DNA from: Vicinamibacterales bacterium
Lineage (GTDB): Bacteria > Acidobacteriota > Vicinamibacteria > Vicinamibacterales > UBA2999
Assembly (NCBI GenBank): GCA_035646375.1
Contig: DASRPM010000098.1
Location: 1-63,025, forward strand
Direction: 5' to 3'
Length of the DNA stretch: 63,025 bases
The first letter of the stretch is position 1. Every line of letters starts with the position of its first letter. Shown here one piece after another: positions 41,483 to 51,107 of the stretch. A program made the translations under genes and the position numbers. The notes beneath the pieces were generated by a model that had not been told where the DNA came from, did no database searches, and was given only the letters and a program-made list of their open reading frames with translations.

Positions 41483-42264
41483 GCGTTCGAATCGGAGCGG
41501 TCGGGTATCTGAACGCCCGCCCGCTCACCTGGGCCCTCGACCGTGATCCCGGCCGCTGGGCGATTCGCCACGATCTGCCGAGCGTCTGCGCGAGCCTGCT
41601 GCAGGCGGGCGAGGTGGACCTCGGTCTGACGCCGTCCATCGAGTACCTGCAGGCGCCCGACTACCGGTTCGTGCCGGGCATCGGCATCGGGTCGCGCGGG
41701 CCGGTGACCTCGGTTGCGATCTTCTCGACGAAGCCGATGGCGGAGGTGCGGACGATCGCCCTCGACACCAGCTCGCGGACGTCGGTGGCGCTCACGCGCG
41801 TCCTGTGCCACGACTGGTTCAAGATTGCGCCGGAGTTCGTGCCGCAGGGTCCCGGCCTCGAGGCCATGACGGCGGCGCACGACGCGGCGCTGCTCATCGG
41901 CGACCCGGCCCTCGAGGCCGACGCCGCCGCCCTCGGCCTGACCAAGATCGACCTCGGCGACGCCTGGCTGGCCATGACCGGCCTGCCGTTCGTCTACGCG
42001 GCCTGGACGGGGCGGACCGGTGCGGTCACGGCCGCCGACGTGCACGCCCTCCAGGCGGCGCGGGACGAGGGGCTGGCGAACATCCCGGCAATTGCCGCGG
42101 AATACGCGCCACACGACCCGCCGCGGGCGGCAAGGGCCGCCGCGTACCTAAGGGATAATGTGCGCTACGGGCTCGGTCCGGAGGAAGTGGCCGGCCTGCA
42201 GCTCTTCCTGGACCGCGCCGCGGCCCTCGGTCTGGCGCCGCGCCGCGACGTGGAGTTCTTCTGA
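41479..42264 (+). CDS. mqnA: chorismate dehydratase MqnA (futalosine pathway)
   Basis: RIGAVGYLNARPLTWAL...; VitK2-biosynthesis (MqnA/D) fold, 261 aa. ATGA overlap with the upstream stop. Confidence 0.85.
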   Translation: MSVRIGAVGYLNARPLTWALDRDPGRWAIRHDLPSVCASLLQAGEVDLGLTPSIEYLQAPDYRFVPGIGIGSRGPVTSVAIFSTKPMAEVRTIALDTSSRTSVALTRVLCHDWFKIAPEFVPQGPGLEAMTAAHDAALLIGDPALEADAAALGLTKIDLGDAWLAMTGLPFVYAAWTGRTGAVTAADVHALQAARDEGLANIPAIAAEYAPHDPPRAARAAAYLRDNVRYGLGPEEVAGLQLFLDRAAALGLAPRRDVEFF

Positions 42265-42279
42265 CGGTGGAATCGAGGC

Positions 42280-43497
42280 GTGGGCTCTGACGTGACTATC
42301 CAGCAGCTTGCAGACAAGGTCGCGGCCGGCGGCCGCGTGGACCGCGCCGAGGCGCTGCGGCTCTATCGCGAGGCGCCGACGATGCTGCTCGGGTGGCTCG
42401 CCGACGGCATCCGCGCGCGCAAGCACCCGTCGCGGACGGTCACCTACATCATCGATCGCAACGTCAACTACACGAACCTGTGCGTCGCGCGCTGCAACTT
42501 CTGCGCGTTCTACCGCACGGTGGGCTCGCCGGACGGCTACGTGCTCGGCTTCGAGGAGATCCTCGCCAAGATCCAGGAGACGATCGATCTGGGCGGCAAC
42601 CAGCTGCTGCTGCAAGGTGGGCACAACCCGGATCTGCCGATCCAGTGGTACGAGGATCTCTTCCGGACGATCAAGGCCACGTATCCCGACTTCAAGCTGC
42701 ACGCGCTGTCGCCGCCGGAGGTGCTGCACATCTCGCGGCTCAACGGCATCCCCACGCGCCAGGTCATCGACCGGCTGATCGCGGCGGGGCTCGACAGCAT
42801 TCCAGGCGGCGGTGCCGAGATTCTCGTGGACCGGGTGCGCAAGGCGCTGAACTGCTACTCCAAGGCGACCTCGGACGAGTGGATCGACATCATGCGCGAG
42901 GCGCACCAGGCGGGGCTGCGCACCACCGCCACGATGATGTACGGCACGGTGGACACCGACGAAGATCGCATCGACCACATGCTGCGGCTGCGTGATCTGC
43001 AGGACGCGACCGGCGGCTTCACGGCGTTCATCACCTGGAGCTATCAGCCCGAGCACACCGAGCACGGCGGCTACGAGGCGACCGGCGTGGACTACCTGCG
43101 GACGCTCGCCGTGGCGCGGATCGTCCTCGACAACTTCGACAACCTGCAGGCGTCGTGGGTGACGCAGGGCGGCAAGGTGGGGCAGTTGAGCCTGGCCTAC
43201 GGCGCCAACGACATGGGCAGCGTGATGATCGAGGAGAACGTCGTGCGCGCGGCGGGCGCCAGCTACTGCATGGACGAGGTCGAGATCGTCACCAACGTCG
43301 AGGCCGCCGGGTTCACCGCCAAGCGCCGCAACATGCACTACGAAGTCCTCGGCGAGCCGGTCTTCCGCGAGCGCGACGTGCCCCGCATGCTGGCGCTCGC
43401 CACCGCGCGCGCCGAGGGGGACACCTCGGTTCCCGACGAGCTGAAGAACTATCCGGCGCGCAGCCGCGCCGGCAAAGCCCTGCGACTTGCGCAATAG
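42280..43497 (+). CDS. radical-SAM menaquinone biosynthesis enzyme, MqnC/MqnE family
   Basis: NVNYTNLCVARCNFCAFYR (CxxxCxxC), GGNQLLLQGG. 405 aa. I cannot tell MqnC from MqnE by eye. Confidence 0.85.
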   Translation: MGSDVTIQQLADKVAAGGRVDRAEALRLYREAPTMLLGWLADGIRARKHPSRTVTYIIDRNVNYTNLCVARCNFCAFYRTVGSPDGYVLGFEEILAKIQETIDLGGNQLLLQGGHNPDLPIQWYEDLFRTIKATYPDFKLHALSPPEVLHISRLNGIPTRQVIDRLIAAGLDSIPGGGAEILVDRVRKALNCYSKATSDEWIDIMREAHQAGLRTTATMMYGTVDTDEDRIDHMLRLRDLQDATGGFTAFITWSYQPEHTEHGGYEATGVDYLRTLAVARIVLDNFDNLQASWVTQGGKVGQLSLAYGANDMGSVMIEENVVRAAGASYCMDEVEIVTNVEAAGFTAKRRNMHYEVLGEPVFRERDVPRMLALATARAEGDTSVPDELKNYPARSRAGKALRLAQ

Positions 43498-44713
43498 CCT
43501 GCGGGCCGACTGGGTCCTGCCGATCGTTGGTCCGCCGATCGCAGGCGGCTCGGTCACGATGGAGGACGGGCGGATTCTCGCGGTCGAATCGACGCCGCCG
43601 CCTGGCGCGACCGATCTCGGCCGACGTGTGTTGATGCCAGGCCTCGTCAACGCGCACACCCATCTGGAGCTGTCCTACCTGCACGGCCAGATTCCGCGCG
43701 CGACGCGCTTCACCGACTGGGTGCGGCCGTTGCTGGCCGCCCGCCGGAACCCGCCGGACCCGGAGACGGTGGAGACCCACGCCGCCGAAGCGATCGGCGA
43801 TGCGGTGGAGAGCGGCACCGTGCTGTTCGGCGAAGTCAGCAACGGCTTGGGAGCGCTGAGCGCGCTGCGCTGGTCACGAACCGCGGCGCACGTGTTCTAC
43901 GAGTTGCTGGGCTTCCACACGCCGGAACCCGACGCACGCGTGGCCGGCGCGCGCTCTCGCATCGCCGCCGAGCAGCAGGCCACGGCAGACGACGGACTCG
44001 ACATCCGGTTCAGCGTGGCCCCGCACGCGCCGTATTCGGTCTCTCCGGCACTGTTCGACGCCATCCGTCGCGATGCCAGTGCTCACGGCTCGCCCACGAC
44101 CGTGCACCTGGCTGAGGGGAAAGAAGAAGTGCAGTTCCTGGCCGATGGCACGGGCCCGTGGCGCGACCTGCTCGAGATGCTCGGCGTCTGGACCGATACG
44201 TGGCGGCCGCCGGCGGCGTCGCCGGTCGCGTTCCTGCAACAGCGGGGCTTTCTGGACGCGTCGACCCTGATCGTCCATGGGGTGCAGTGCACGGCCGCGG
44301 ACATCGCGCGTATTCGCGACATCGGCGCGACGCTGGTGGCGTGTCCGCGCAGCAACGCGTACGTCGGTGCCGGCGAGCCGCCGCTGGCCGACTTCTACGC
44401 CGCGGGAGTGCCCGTCGCGTTTGGCACCGACAGCCTGGCAAGCGTCGAGGACCTGAATCTGTTCAGCGAGCTCGCTGAAGCGCGCCGCCTGACGCCCGCA
44501 GTTCCGGCACGGCGCCTGCTGGAGAGCGCCACCCTCGTCGGGGCGCGCGCCTTGGGATTCGAGCGCGACTACGGGAGCCTGGAGCCCGGGAAGCGCGCGG
44601 CGCTGATCAGCGTGCAGGTGCCGAGCGGCGTGACCGATGTGGAAGAATACCTGCTGTCCGGCCTCACGACCGAGATGAGGTCCGAGATGCCGTTTCCGCC
44701 GCCGCAGGCATGA
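43487..44713 (+). CDS. amidohydrolase-superfamily deaminase (candidate aminofutalosine deaminase)
   Basis: PGLVNAHTHLELS (HxH metal motif), ...VHLAEG..., ...FGTDSLAS. Embedded in the mqn operon. Confidence 0.7.
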   Translation: MRNSLRADWVLPIVGPPIAGGSVTMEDGRILAVESTPPPGATDLGRRVLMPGLVNAHTHLELSYLHGQIPRATRFTDWVRPLLAARRNPPDPETVETHAAEAIGDAVESGTVLFGEVSNGLGALSALRWSRTAAHVFYELLGFHTPEPDARVAGARSRIAAEQQATADDGLDIRFSVAPHAPYSVSPALFDAIRRDASAHGSPTTVHLAEGKEEVQFLADGTGPWRDLLEMLGVWTDTWRPPAASPVAFLQQRGFLDASTLIVHGVQCTAADIARIRDIGATLVACPRSNAYVGAGEPPLADFYAAGVPVAFGTDSLASVEDLNLFSELAEARRLTPAVPARRLLESATLVGARALGFERDYGSLEPGKRAALISVQVPSGVTDVEEYLLSGLTTEMRSEMPFPPPQA

Positions 44714-45561
44714 CCAGATTCGCGACGTACCTCTCGTTCGTCCGCTTCAGCCACTCGGTGTTCGCGCTGCCGTTCGCGCTCACCGGTGCACTCCTGGCGT
44801 GGCGCACCGAGCCCTTCGCGTGGGCACAGATCGGCTGGATCGTCGTCTGCATGGTGAGCGCGCGCAGCGCCGCCATGGGCTTCAACCGTGCGGTGGACGC
44901 GCGCTTCGACGCGCTCAATCCCCGCACTGCCATGCGCGAGATTCCGCGCGGCGCGATGAGCCTGCGCGAGGCCGCGGTGTTCGTCGGCGTCGCCTCGGTG
45001 GTGTTCGTGTTTGCCGCCACGAGGCTTGGATGGGTGTGCGGCGTCCTGTCACCGGTCGCGCTCGGCATCGTGTTCTGGTACTCGCTGGCCAAGCGCTACA
45101 CCGCGTATACGCAGCTCTTCCTCGGCCTCGCGATGGCGGTAGCGCCGGTCGGCGGCTGGATCGCCGCCGGCGGGGGAACCGGCCTGGAGCCGTGGCTGCT
45201 CGGTCTCGCGATCGGGCTCTGGGTAGGCGGATTCGACGTGCTCTATGCCTGTCAGGACGTCGACTTCGACCGTGGCCATGGGCTGCGATCGATTCCCACG
45301 CGCTTCGGCGTGGCGGCGGCGATCGCCATCTCGCGGGCGATGCACGTCGCCACGGTGGGCGCCATGGCCGCCCTCGGCTTCGCGGCCGGACTCCCGCCGC
45401 TGTACTTCGGCGGCGTCGCCGTGGTGGCCGCCCTGCTCGTCTACGAGCAGTCGCTCGTCTCGGCGAGCGACCTGTCACAGGTGAAGCGCGCGTTCGATCT
45501 CAACGGCTACGTGGGCATCGTGTACCTCGCCTCGACGGCGCTGGCGCTCTATGTCGGGTGA
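44710..45561 (+). CDS. UbiA-family prenyltransferase (MqnP-like)
   Basis: Polytopic. NRAVDARFD and DVDFDRGHGLRS Asp-rich motifs. ATGA overlap upstream. Confidence 0.85.
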   Translation: MTRFATYLSFVRFSHSVFALPFALTGALLAWRTEPFAWAQIGWIVVCMVSARSAAMGFNRAVDARFDALNPRTAMREIPRGAMSLREAAVFVGVASVVFVFAATRLGWVCGVLSPVALGIVFWYSLAKRYTAYTQLFLGLAMAVAPVGGWIAAGGGTGLEPWLLGLAIGLWVGGFDVLYACQDVDFDRGHGLRSIPTRFGVAAAIAISRAMHVATVGAMAALGFAAGLPPLYFGGVAVVAALLVYEQSLVSASDLSQVKRAFDLNGYVGIVYLASTALALYVG

Positions 45562-46303
45562 GGTGCGAGTGGCGAGCCCGGTCGCGGCGCCCGACAAGTC
45601 GCCGGATCGCATCGCCGGCATGTTCGACGCGATCGCGCCGCGCTACGACCTGCTCAACCGGCTGCTCAGCATGGGCATCGACCGCTGGTGGCGCAAGCGC
45701 GCGATCGACTCGCTGGCGCTCACCGGGCGCGAGGTCCTGGTGGACGTCGCCACCGGGACGGCCGACGTGGCGCTCGAAGCCTGCGCACCGCGACGCGGCA
45801 GCGCCCGGGCGGCACGCGTGGTGGGCGTGGACTTCGCACGGGCGATGCTGGCGCTCGGCGTCGGCAAGGTGAAGGCGGCGGGGGAGTCGAGCCGGATCGT
45901 GCTGGTCCACGGCGACGCGATGCGGCTGCCGGTGGCCGGCGGGGCGGCCGACGCGGTGACGATCGCCTTCGGGATCCGCAACGTCCATACGGCCAGCGTT
46001 GCCTGCGCCGAGATGGCGCGCGTGCTCAGGACCGGCGGCCGCCTCGCCATCCTGGAGTTCGGCATTCCGCGTGTGCCGGGGCTCAGCGGTGTCTACCAGT
46101 GGTACTTCAGGGCCGTGCTGCCGCGCATCGGCCGGATGATCTCCGGCCATACCGGCGCCTATTCGTATCTGCCGGCCTCGGTCGGCACGTTCACGCCGCC
46201 GGCGGAGTTCGCGCGCATGCTCGAAGACGCGGGCTTCGACTCGGTGCGTGCCGACCCTTTGACGATCGGCATCGTCTATCTCTACACCGCGAGGCGCCGA
46301 TAG
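45551..46303 (+). CDS. ubiE: demethylmenaquinone/ubiquinone methyltransferase UbiE/MenG
   Basis: MFDAIAPRYDLLNRLLS.G.DR.WR; SAM motif VLVDVATGTAD. Confidence 0.9.
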   Translation: MSGEVRVASPVAAPDKSPDRIAGMFDAIAPRYDLLNRLLSMGIDRWWRKRAIDSLALTGREVLVDVATGTADVALEACAPRRGSARAARVVGVDFARAMLALGVGKVKAAGESSRIVLVHGDAMRLPVAGGAADAVTIAFGIRNVHTASVACAEMARVLRTGGRLAILEFGIPRVPGLSGVYQWYFRAVLPRIGRMISGHTGAYSYLPASVGTFTPPAEFARMLEDAGFDSVRADPLTIGIVYLYTARRR

Positions 46304-46361
46304 AAGAGGGCGGCACCGCGGCCTGGGCGGCGGTGCTTCCGTAAGTCCTTGCAGGGACGAG

Positions 46362-46370
46362 TGTTATAAT
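46362..46370 (+). promoter_or_regulatory. extended -10 element (TGtTATAAT) upstream of the TonB-like gene
   Basis: TG-t-TATAAT at 46362-46370, 18 nt upstream of the TTG start at 46388. I found no convincing -35. Confidence 0.35.
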
Positions 46371-46387
46371 CCACGCGGCGGCGCCGT

Positions 46388-47329
46388 TTGATACATTTCG
46401 ATTTCGAGGATCGCTACCAGGACGAGCTTCTGGTCGGGAGCGCCATCTCCCGGCGCGAGGGCACCTTGCTCTCGATCGGCCTGCATGCGGCCGTGGTCCT
46501 GTTCATCCTCTTCGGAGGCCGGCTGGCCTTCCTGCAGCCGAGTCCGGAGGAGCTGGAGCGGCGCCGGCAGGAAGTGCTGCAACAGCAGCTCGAGCAGGAG
46601 CGCAACCGGCAGCGCTTCGTCTTCGTCCAACCCCGGCTCGACACCCCGGCGCCCACGCCGCCACCGCGACCCGAGCTCAGCGACCTCGACCGCAGAGCCG
46701 CGGCTCCTGAAGTCTCGCCGCAACCGAACAACCCGCTGCCGCTCGCGCGCGGCAACTCCGCCGAGCGGACCGAAGCGTCCGTCGCCGAGCGGGCTCGCGG
46801 CGAGGAGACGCCGCCAACGCCGGAACCTCCAGCGCCAGAACAGCCGAAGCAGGAGGTGCGGCTGCCCGAAGCCGATCGCGGGCTGCGCCGTCCGATCGAG
46901 ATGCCGAAGGCCGCGACGGGCTCGCTGGGCAAGGCGCTCCGCAACCTGCAGGAGTACGTGCAGAACCAGACCTTCAACAACCCGCAGGGTGGGACGAAGG
47001 ATCCGGGACAGGCCATCCAGTTCGACACCAAGGGTGTGGACTTCGGCCCCTGGGTCCGGCGCTTCGTGCAGAAGGTGAAGAGGAACTGGTTCGTACCGGA
47101 GGCGGCGTTCAGTTTTCACGGCCGCGTCGTGCTGCAGTTCAACATCCACCGGGATGGGCACATCACGGACCTGATCGTGGCGCAGCCGTCGAACGTCGAC
47201 GCCTTCAACCGCGCGGCGTTCAACGCCATCCTGGGGTCCAATCCGGTGGAGCCGCTGCCGCCGGAGTACCCGGACGACAAGGCCTTCTTCACCGTCACGT
47301 TCTATTACAACGAGTCGCCGGTCAATTAG
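46388..47329 (+). CDS. TonB-family energy-transducer-like protein
   Basis: N-terminal TM (LLSIGLHAAVVLFILF), a Pro/Glu-rich spacer, and a C-terminal TonB_C-like domain (GRVVLQFNIHRDGHITDLIVAQPSNVDAFNRAAFNAI). TTG start. Confidence 0.75.
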   Translation: MIHFDFEDRYQDELLVGSAISRREGTLLSIGLHAAVVLFILFGGRLAFLQPSPEELERRRQEVLQQQLEQERNRQRFVFVQPRLDTPAPTPPPRPELSDLDRRAAAPEVSPQPNNPLPLARGNSAERTEASVAERARGEETPPTPEPPAPEQPKQEVRLPEADRGLRRPIEMPKAATGSLGKALRNLQEYVQNQTFNNPQGGTKDPGQAIQFDTKGVDFGPWVRRFVQKVKRNWFVPEAAFSFHGRVVLQFNIHRDGHITDLIVAQPSNVDAFNRAAFNAILGSNPVEPLPPEYPDDKAFFTVTFYYNESPVN

Positions 47330-47443
47330 TGTCACCGGCGGCCGGCCGCACGACCATGCCGACCCGCACGCAACAGCTCGGTCTCCTCCTTCTGCTGGCC
47401 GCGCTCGCCGCCTTCGTGGCGTGGCGCCTGGCGTGAGGCGGGG

Positions 47444-48424
47444 ATGACGCCGCGTCCACGTGTCCTCGCGGTCCTCGGTCCCACCGCGTGCGGCAAGAGC
47501 GCGCTCGGCCTGGCGCTCGCGCAGCGGTTCGACGGCGAGATTCTCAACTGCGATTCGACGGCGGTCTACCGCGGCTTCGACATCGGCACCGACAAGGTGG
47601 CGCCGGCGGAGCAGCAGGGCATCCCGCACCATCTCATCGACATCGCCGACCCCACCGAGGTCTATACCGCCGCGCAGTATGCGCGCGACGCGGCGGCGAC
47701 CATCCGCGCCGTGCACGCGCGCGGGCGTCTGCCGATCCTCGTCGGCGGCACCGGGTTCTACTATCGCGCCCTGGTTCGGGGCCTGTTTCCGGGCCCCGGC
47801 GCCGACCCGGCGCTGCGCGCCCGCCTCGATCGGCTCGCGGCGCGGCGGGGGCCCGAGCGGCTCCATCGGCTGCTGGCGCACGTCGACGCGGCATCGGGTG
47901 CGCGCATCATGGCCCGCGATCAGAAGCGCATCGTCCGGGCGCTCGAGGTGTTTTTTCTCACCGGGACGCCGCTGACGGCGCACTTCGCCGGCACGCGATC
48001 GCTCATCGACGACTGCGACGTGACCGCGATCGCGCTACGGCTGCCGCCGGAGCTCACCGCCGCGCGCGTCGCCATGCGCGTGGACCAGCAGTTCGCGCGC
48101 GGCGTCGTGGACGAGGTGCGAGGGCTGCTGGCGCGCGGCGTGCCGCCGCACGCGCGCCCCTTCGGCGGTCTGGTCTACCGGCAGATCATGGAGATGCTGC
48201 ACGGCACGCGCGACGAAGCGGCGACGCGCGCGCTCATCACGCAGGAGAACCGTCGCTACGCGCGTCGCCAGTTGATCTGGTTCCGCAAAGAGCCTACTCT
48301 TATCTGGTTCGACGGGCCGGGCGAATCGATCGACGTGCGGCGACGCGTCGAGGACGCGCTCATCGCGCGCTGGCAAGAGACGCGGCCGGTCGAGGAGAGC
48401 TCACTGGATGACGCACGTGCCTGA
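47444..48424 (+). CDS. miaA: tRNA dimethylallyltransferase
   Basis: VLGPTACGKSALGL P-loop, DSTAVYRGFDIGTDK, RRYARRQLIWFR. Confidence 0.93.
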   Translation: MTPRPRVLAVLGPTACGKSALGLALAQRFDGEILNCDSTAVYRGFDIGTDKVAPAEQQGIPHHLIDIADPTEVYTAAQYARDAAATIRAVHARGRLPILVGGTGFYYRALVRGLFPGPGADPALRARLDRLAARRGPERLHRLLAHVDAASGARIMARDQKRIVRALEVFFLTGTPLTAHFAGTRSLIDDCDVTAIALRLPPELTAARVAMRVDQQFARGVVDEVRGLLARGVPPHARPFGGLVYRQIMEMLHGTRDEAATRALITQENRRYARRQLIWFRKEPTLIWFDGPGESIDVRRRVEDALIARWQETRPVEESSLDDARA

Positions 48425-48746
48425 CTCGCTTTCGTCGCGGCGACCGGTCGAACTCGACCGGCAGGCCAACAGGGTCTCGGAGAGGGCGCTCGCCGATGCG
48501 TTCGGAGAACGCGGCGCACCCCCGAGTGTTCAGGATGTGTTCCTCAACACGGCCCGGCGGGATCGGGCGTCCGTCACGGTGCACCTGATGACCGGCGTGT
48601 CGTTCGACGCGCGCATCAAGGGGTTCGACAAGTACGCGGTCGTCGTGGACGTCAGCGGCGCCGAGCATCTCGTCTTCAAACACGCGATCGCTTTCATCGA
48701 AACGGCCCGGGCCGGCGTCAACGCGTTCAGCACGCCGCATTCTTGA
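48408..48746 (+). CDS. hfq: RNA chaperone Hfq (with a ~37-aa N-terminal extension)
   Basis: Sm core VQDVFLNTARRDRASVTVHLMTGVSFDARIKGFDKYAVVVDVSGAEHLVFKHAIAFI. The only in-frame start upstream of helix 1 is ATG 48408, which overlaps the miaA 3' end. Confidence 0.85.
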   Translation: MTHVPDSLSSRRPVELDRQANRVSERALADAFGERGAPPSVQDVFLNTARRDRASVTVHLMTGVSFDARIKGFDKYAVVVDVSGAEHLVFKHAIAFIETARAGVNAFSTPHS

Positions 48747-49945
48747 GGCGCCCCGCCTTCAACCGCGTCATCCTGATCGTCATCGACAGCGCCGGCATCG
48801 GCGAGCTGCCCGATGCGGGGGTGTACGGCGACGAAGGCAGCAACACTCTCGGCAACATCGCGGCGCAGGTCGGCCTCGCCGTCCCCTACCTTCGCTCCCT
48901 CGGCCTCGGCCGCCTCGTACGGCTCGACGCACGGAGCGCGGGCGGCGAGCCGCCGCCGCGCGCCGCCTATGGCCGCATGGCGGAGGCATCGCCGGGCAAG
49001 GATTCGGTGACCGGCCACTGGGAAATGGCGGGAGTGGTCCTGGACCGTGCGTTTCCCACGTTTCCGCAGGGGTTTTCGCCTGATGTCATCGGCGAGTTCG
49101 AGCGCCGGATCGGCCGCGGCACCCTGGGCAACGTCGTCGCGTCCGGCACCGAGATCATCGAACGCCTCGGCGACGAGCACGTGCGGACGGGCAAGCCGAT
49201 CGTGTACACCTCGGCCGACAGCGTTTTCCAGGTGGCGGCACACGAGGACGTCATCCCGATTGCCGAGCAGTACCGCATGTGCGAGGCCGCCTTCGACCTG
49301 GTGGGCCGCGGCCTGGGCGTCGGGCGGGTGATCGCGCGTCCGTTCATCGGCGCGACCGGAGCGTACCGGCGGACCGCCAACCGGCACGACTACGCGCTGG
49401 AGCCTGCGGGCGTGACGCTCCTCGACGCGCTCAGCACCGCGGGGCAGACGGTCGTGACCATCGGTAAGGTCCGCGACCTCTTCGCCGGCCGCGGCATCAC
49501 GCGGGCACTGCCGGCCGTGAGCGACACCGACGGCATGGCCACGTTGAAGCGGGCGCTCGAGGACGTCGCCGGCGGTCTCGTGTTCGTGAACCTCGTGGAC
49601 AGCGATACGCAGTTCGGACACCGCAACGACGTGGCCGGCTACGCGGCCAATCTCGAACGCATCGACAGCGGCCTCGCGGATGTCGCCGGCGGGTTGCGGC
49701 CGGGCGATCTCTTCGTCGTAACGGCCGATCACGGCAACGATCCGACGACGCCGAGCACGGACCACTCGCGCGAGCACGTGCCGCTCCTCGTCACCGGCCC
49801 CCGCGTTCCGGCCGGCCGGGACCTCGGCACGCGCTCCACCTTCGCGGATCTGGGGCAGACGATCGCCGAGAACTTCGGCGTCGGGCCGCTGGCGCACGGC
49901 ACCAGCTTTCTCGCCGACCTGGCGGATGAGAACGGAGGCGCCTAG
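48743..49945 (+). CDS. deoB: phosphopentomutase
   Basis: RVILIVIDSAGIGELPDA..YGDEGSNTLGNI...TADHGNDPT. TTG start overlapping the hfq stop. Confidence 0.9.
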   Translation: MRRPAFNRVILIVIDSAGIGELPDAGVYGDEGSNTLGNIAAQVGLAVPYLRSLGLGRLVRLDARSAGGEPPPRAAYGRMAEASPGKDSVTGHWEMAGVVLDRAFPTFPQGFSPDVIGEFERRIGRGTLGNVVASGTEIIERLGDEHVRTGKPIVYTSADSVFQVAAHEDVIPIAEQYRMCEAAFDLVGRGLGVGRVIARPFIGATGAYRRTANRHDYALEPAGVTLLDALSTAGQTVVTIGKVRDLFAGRGITRALPAVSDTDGMATLKRALEDVAGGLVFVNLVDSDTQFGHRNDVAGYAANLERIDSGLADVAGGLRPGDLFVVTADHGNDPTTPSTDHSREHVPLLVTGPRVPAGRDLGTRSTFADLGQTIAENFGVGPLAHGTSFLADLADENGGA

Positions 49946-51018
49946 TGCCTGACGCGTCCAGCATCCGGGCCACGCTCGAGCAGCTCGAGCTCGACACGCT
50001 GGCCCCCGCAGCCGCCAAGAGCACGCGCTCGCGCGGCCGCCTGCGTCCCGAGGCCGAAGACGACGTGCGGCCTGCATTCCAGCGCGATCGCGATCGAGTC
50101 ATCCACAGCAAGGCCTTCCGCCGCCTGAAGCACAAGACGCAAGTGTTCTTCGCGCCGGCGGGCGACCACTACCGCACGCGCCTGACGCATTCGCTCGAGG
50201 TGTCGCAGATCGCCCGCACCATCGCCAAGGTGCTGCGGCTGCACGAGGAGCTCACCGAAGCCATCGCGCTCGGCCACGATCTCGGGCACACGCCGTTCGG
50301 GCACGCCGGCGAGCAGGTGCTCGACACGCTGGTGCCCGGCGGGTTCCGGCATTACGAGCAGAGCCTCCGCATCGTGGACGTGCTGGAGAACGACGGACGC
50401 GGGCTCAATCTCAGCTGGGAAGTGCGGGACGGCATCGGCCGTCATTCCAAGGGCAAGAACGGATCGCCGGTCGGGCTCGACCCCTCGAAACGTGCCGCCA
50501 CGCTCGAAGGCCAGGTGATGCGGGTGGCCGACCTCATCGCCTACGTCAACCACGACATCGACGATGCCGTGCGCGCCGGCGTGCTCCGGGACGAGGATTT
50601 GCCGCGCGGCCCGGTGGGCGTGCTGGGCGGCTCCTCGTCGGCCCGGATCGCCCGTATGGTCAAGGACGTGGTGACGGAAACCAGCCGCGGCGAGCTCGCC
50701 GAGATCCGCATGAGCGACGAGGTGCTCGAGGCCACGCTGGCGATGCGATCGTTCCTGTTCAAGGCGGTTTACGAGAACGAGACGGCAACGGCGGAGTTCA
50801 AGAAGGCGGCCGGCATCCTGGGCGGCCTGTGGGAAAAGGTCCGGGAACGGCCGCAGGAGTTCCTCGACGCCGGGATCCTCGAGCGCGAGGGGCTCGAGAC
50901 GGCCGCCAAGGATTTCGTGGCCGGCATGACCGACCGCTTTGCGGTGTCCCTGTACGAACGCCTGTTCATCCCACGACCCTGGGTCGGGCCGATGGCCGGC
51001 CCCGACGCCCGCCCGTAG
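49945..51018 (+). CDS. dGTPase-like HD-domain deoxynucleoside triphosphate triphosphohydrolase
   Basis: FQRDRDRVIHSKAFRRLKHKTQVF...HYRTRLTHSLEVSQIAR...LGHDLGHTPFGH. Confidence 0.88.
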   Translation: MPDASSIRATLEQLELDTLAPAAAKSTRSRGRLRPEAEDDVRPAFQRDRDRVIHSKAFRRLKHKTQVFFAPAGDHYRTRLTHSLEVSQIARTIAKVLRLHEELTEAIALGHDLGHTPFGHAGEQVLDTLVPGGFRHYEQSLRIVDVLENDGRGLNLSWEVRDGIGRHSKGKNGSPVGLDPSKRAATLEGQVMRVADLIAYVNHDIDDAVRAGVLRDEDLPRGPVGVLGGSSSARIARMVKDVVTETSRGELAEIRMSDEVLEATLAMRSFLFKAVYENETATAEFKKAAGILGGLWEKVRERPQEFLDAGILEREGLETAAKDFVAGMTDRFAVSLYERLFIPRPWVGPMAGPDARP

Positions 51019-51107
51019 GGGCGGACCCGGGCAATTGGGCACGGGCCTGGGCTATAATCGAAAGTCTGCCTTTCGCGGGATCTTCGTGAGGGGGAGCCGG
51101 TTCAGCA

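Noticed and set aside
51053-51058. TATAAT hexamer upstream of yceD-rpmF as a promoter
   Set aside because: A perfect -10 hexamer is present, but I could not find a -35 at 16-18 nt spacing (TTGGGC is only 12 nt away) or a proper TGn extended -10. It is too weak to list as a feature, though it may still be a real promoter.
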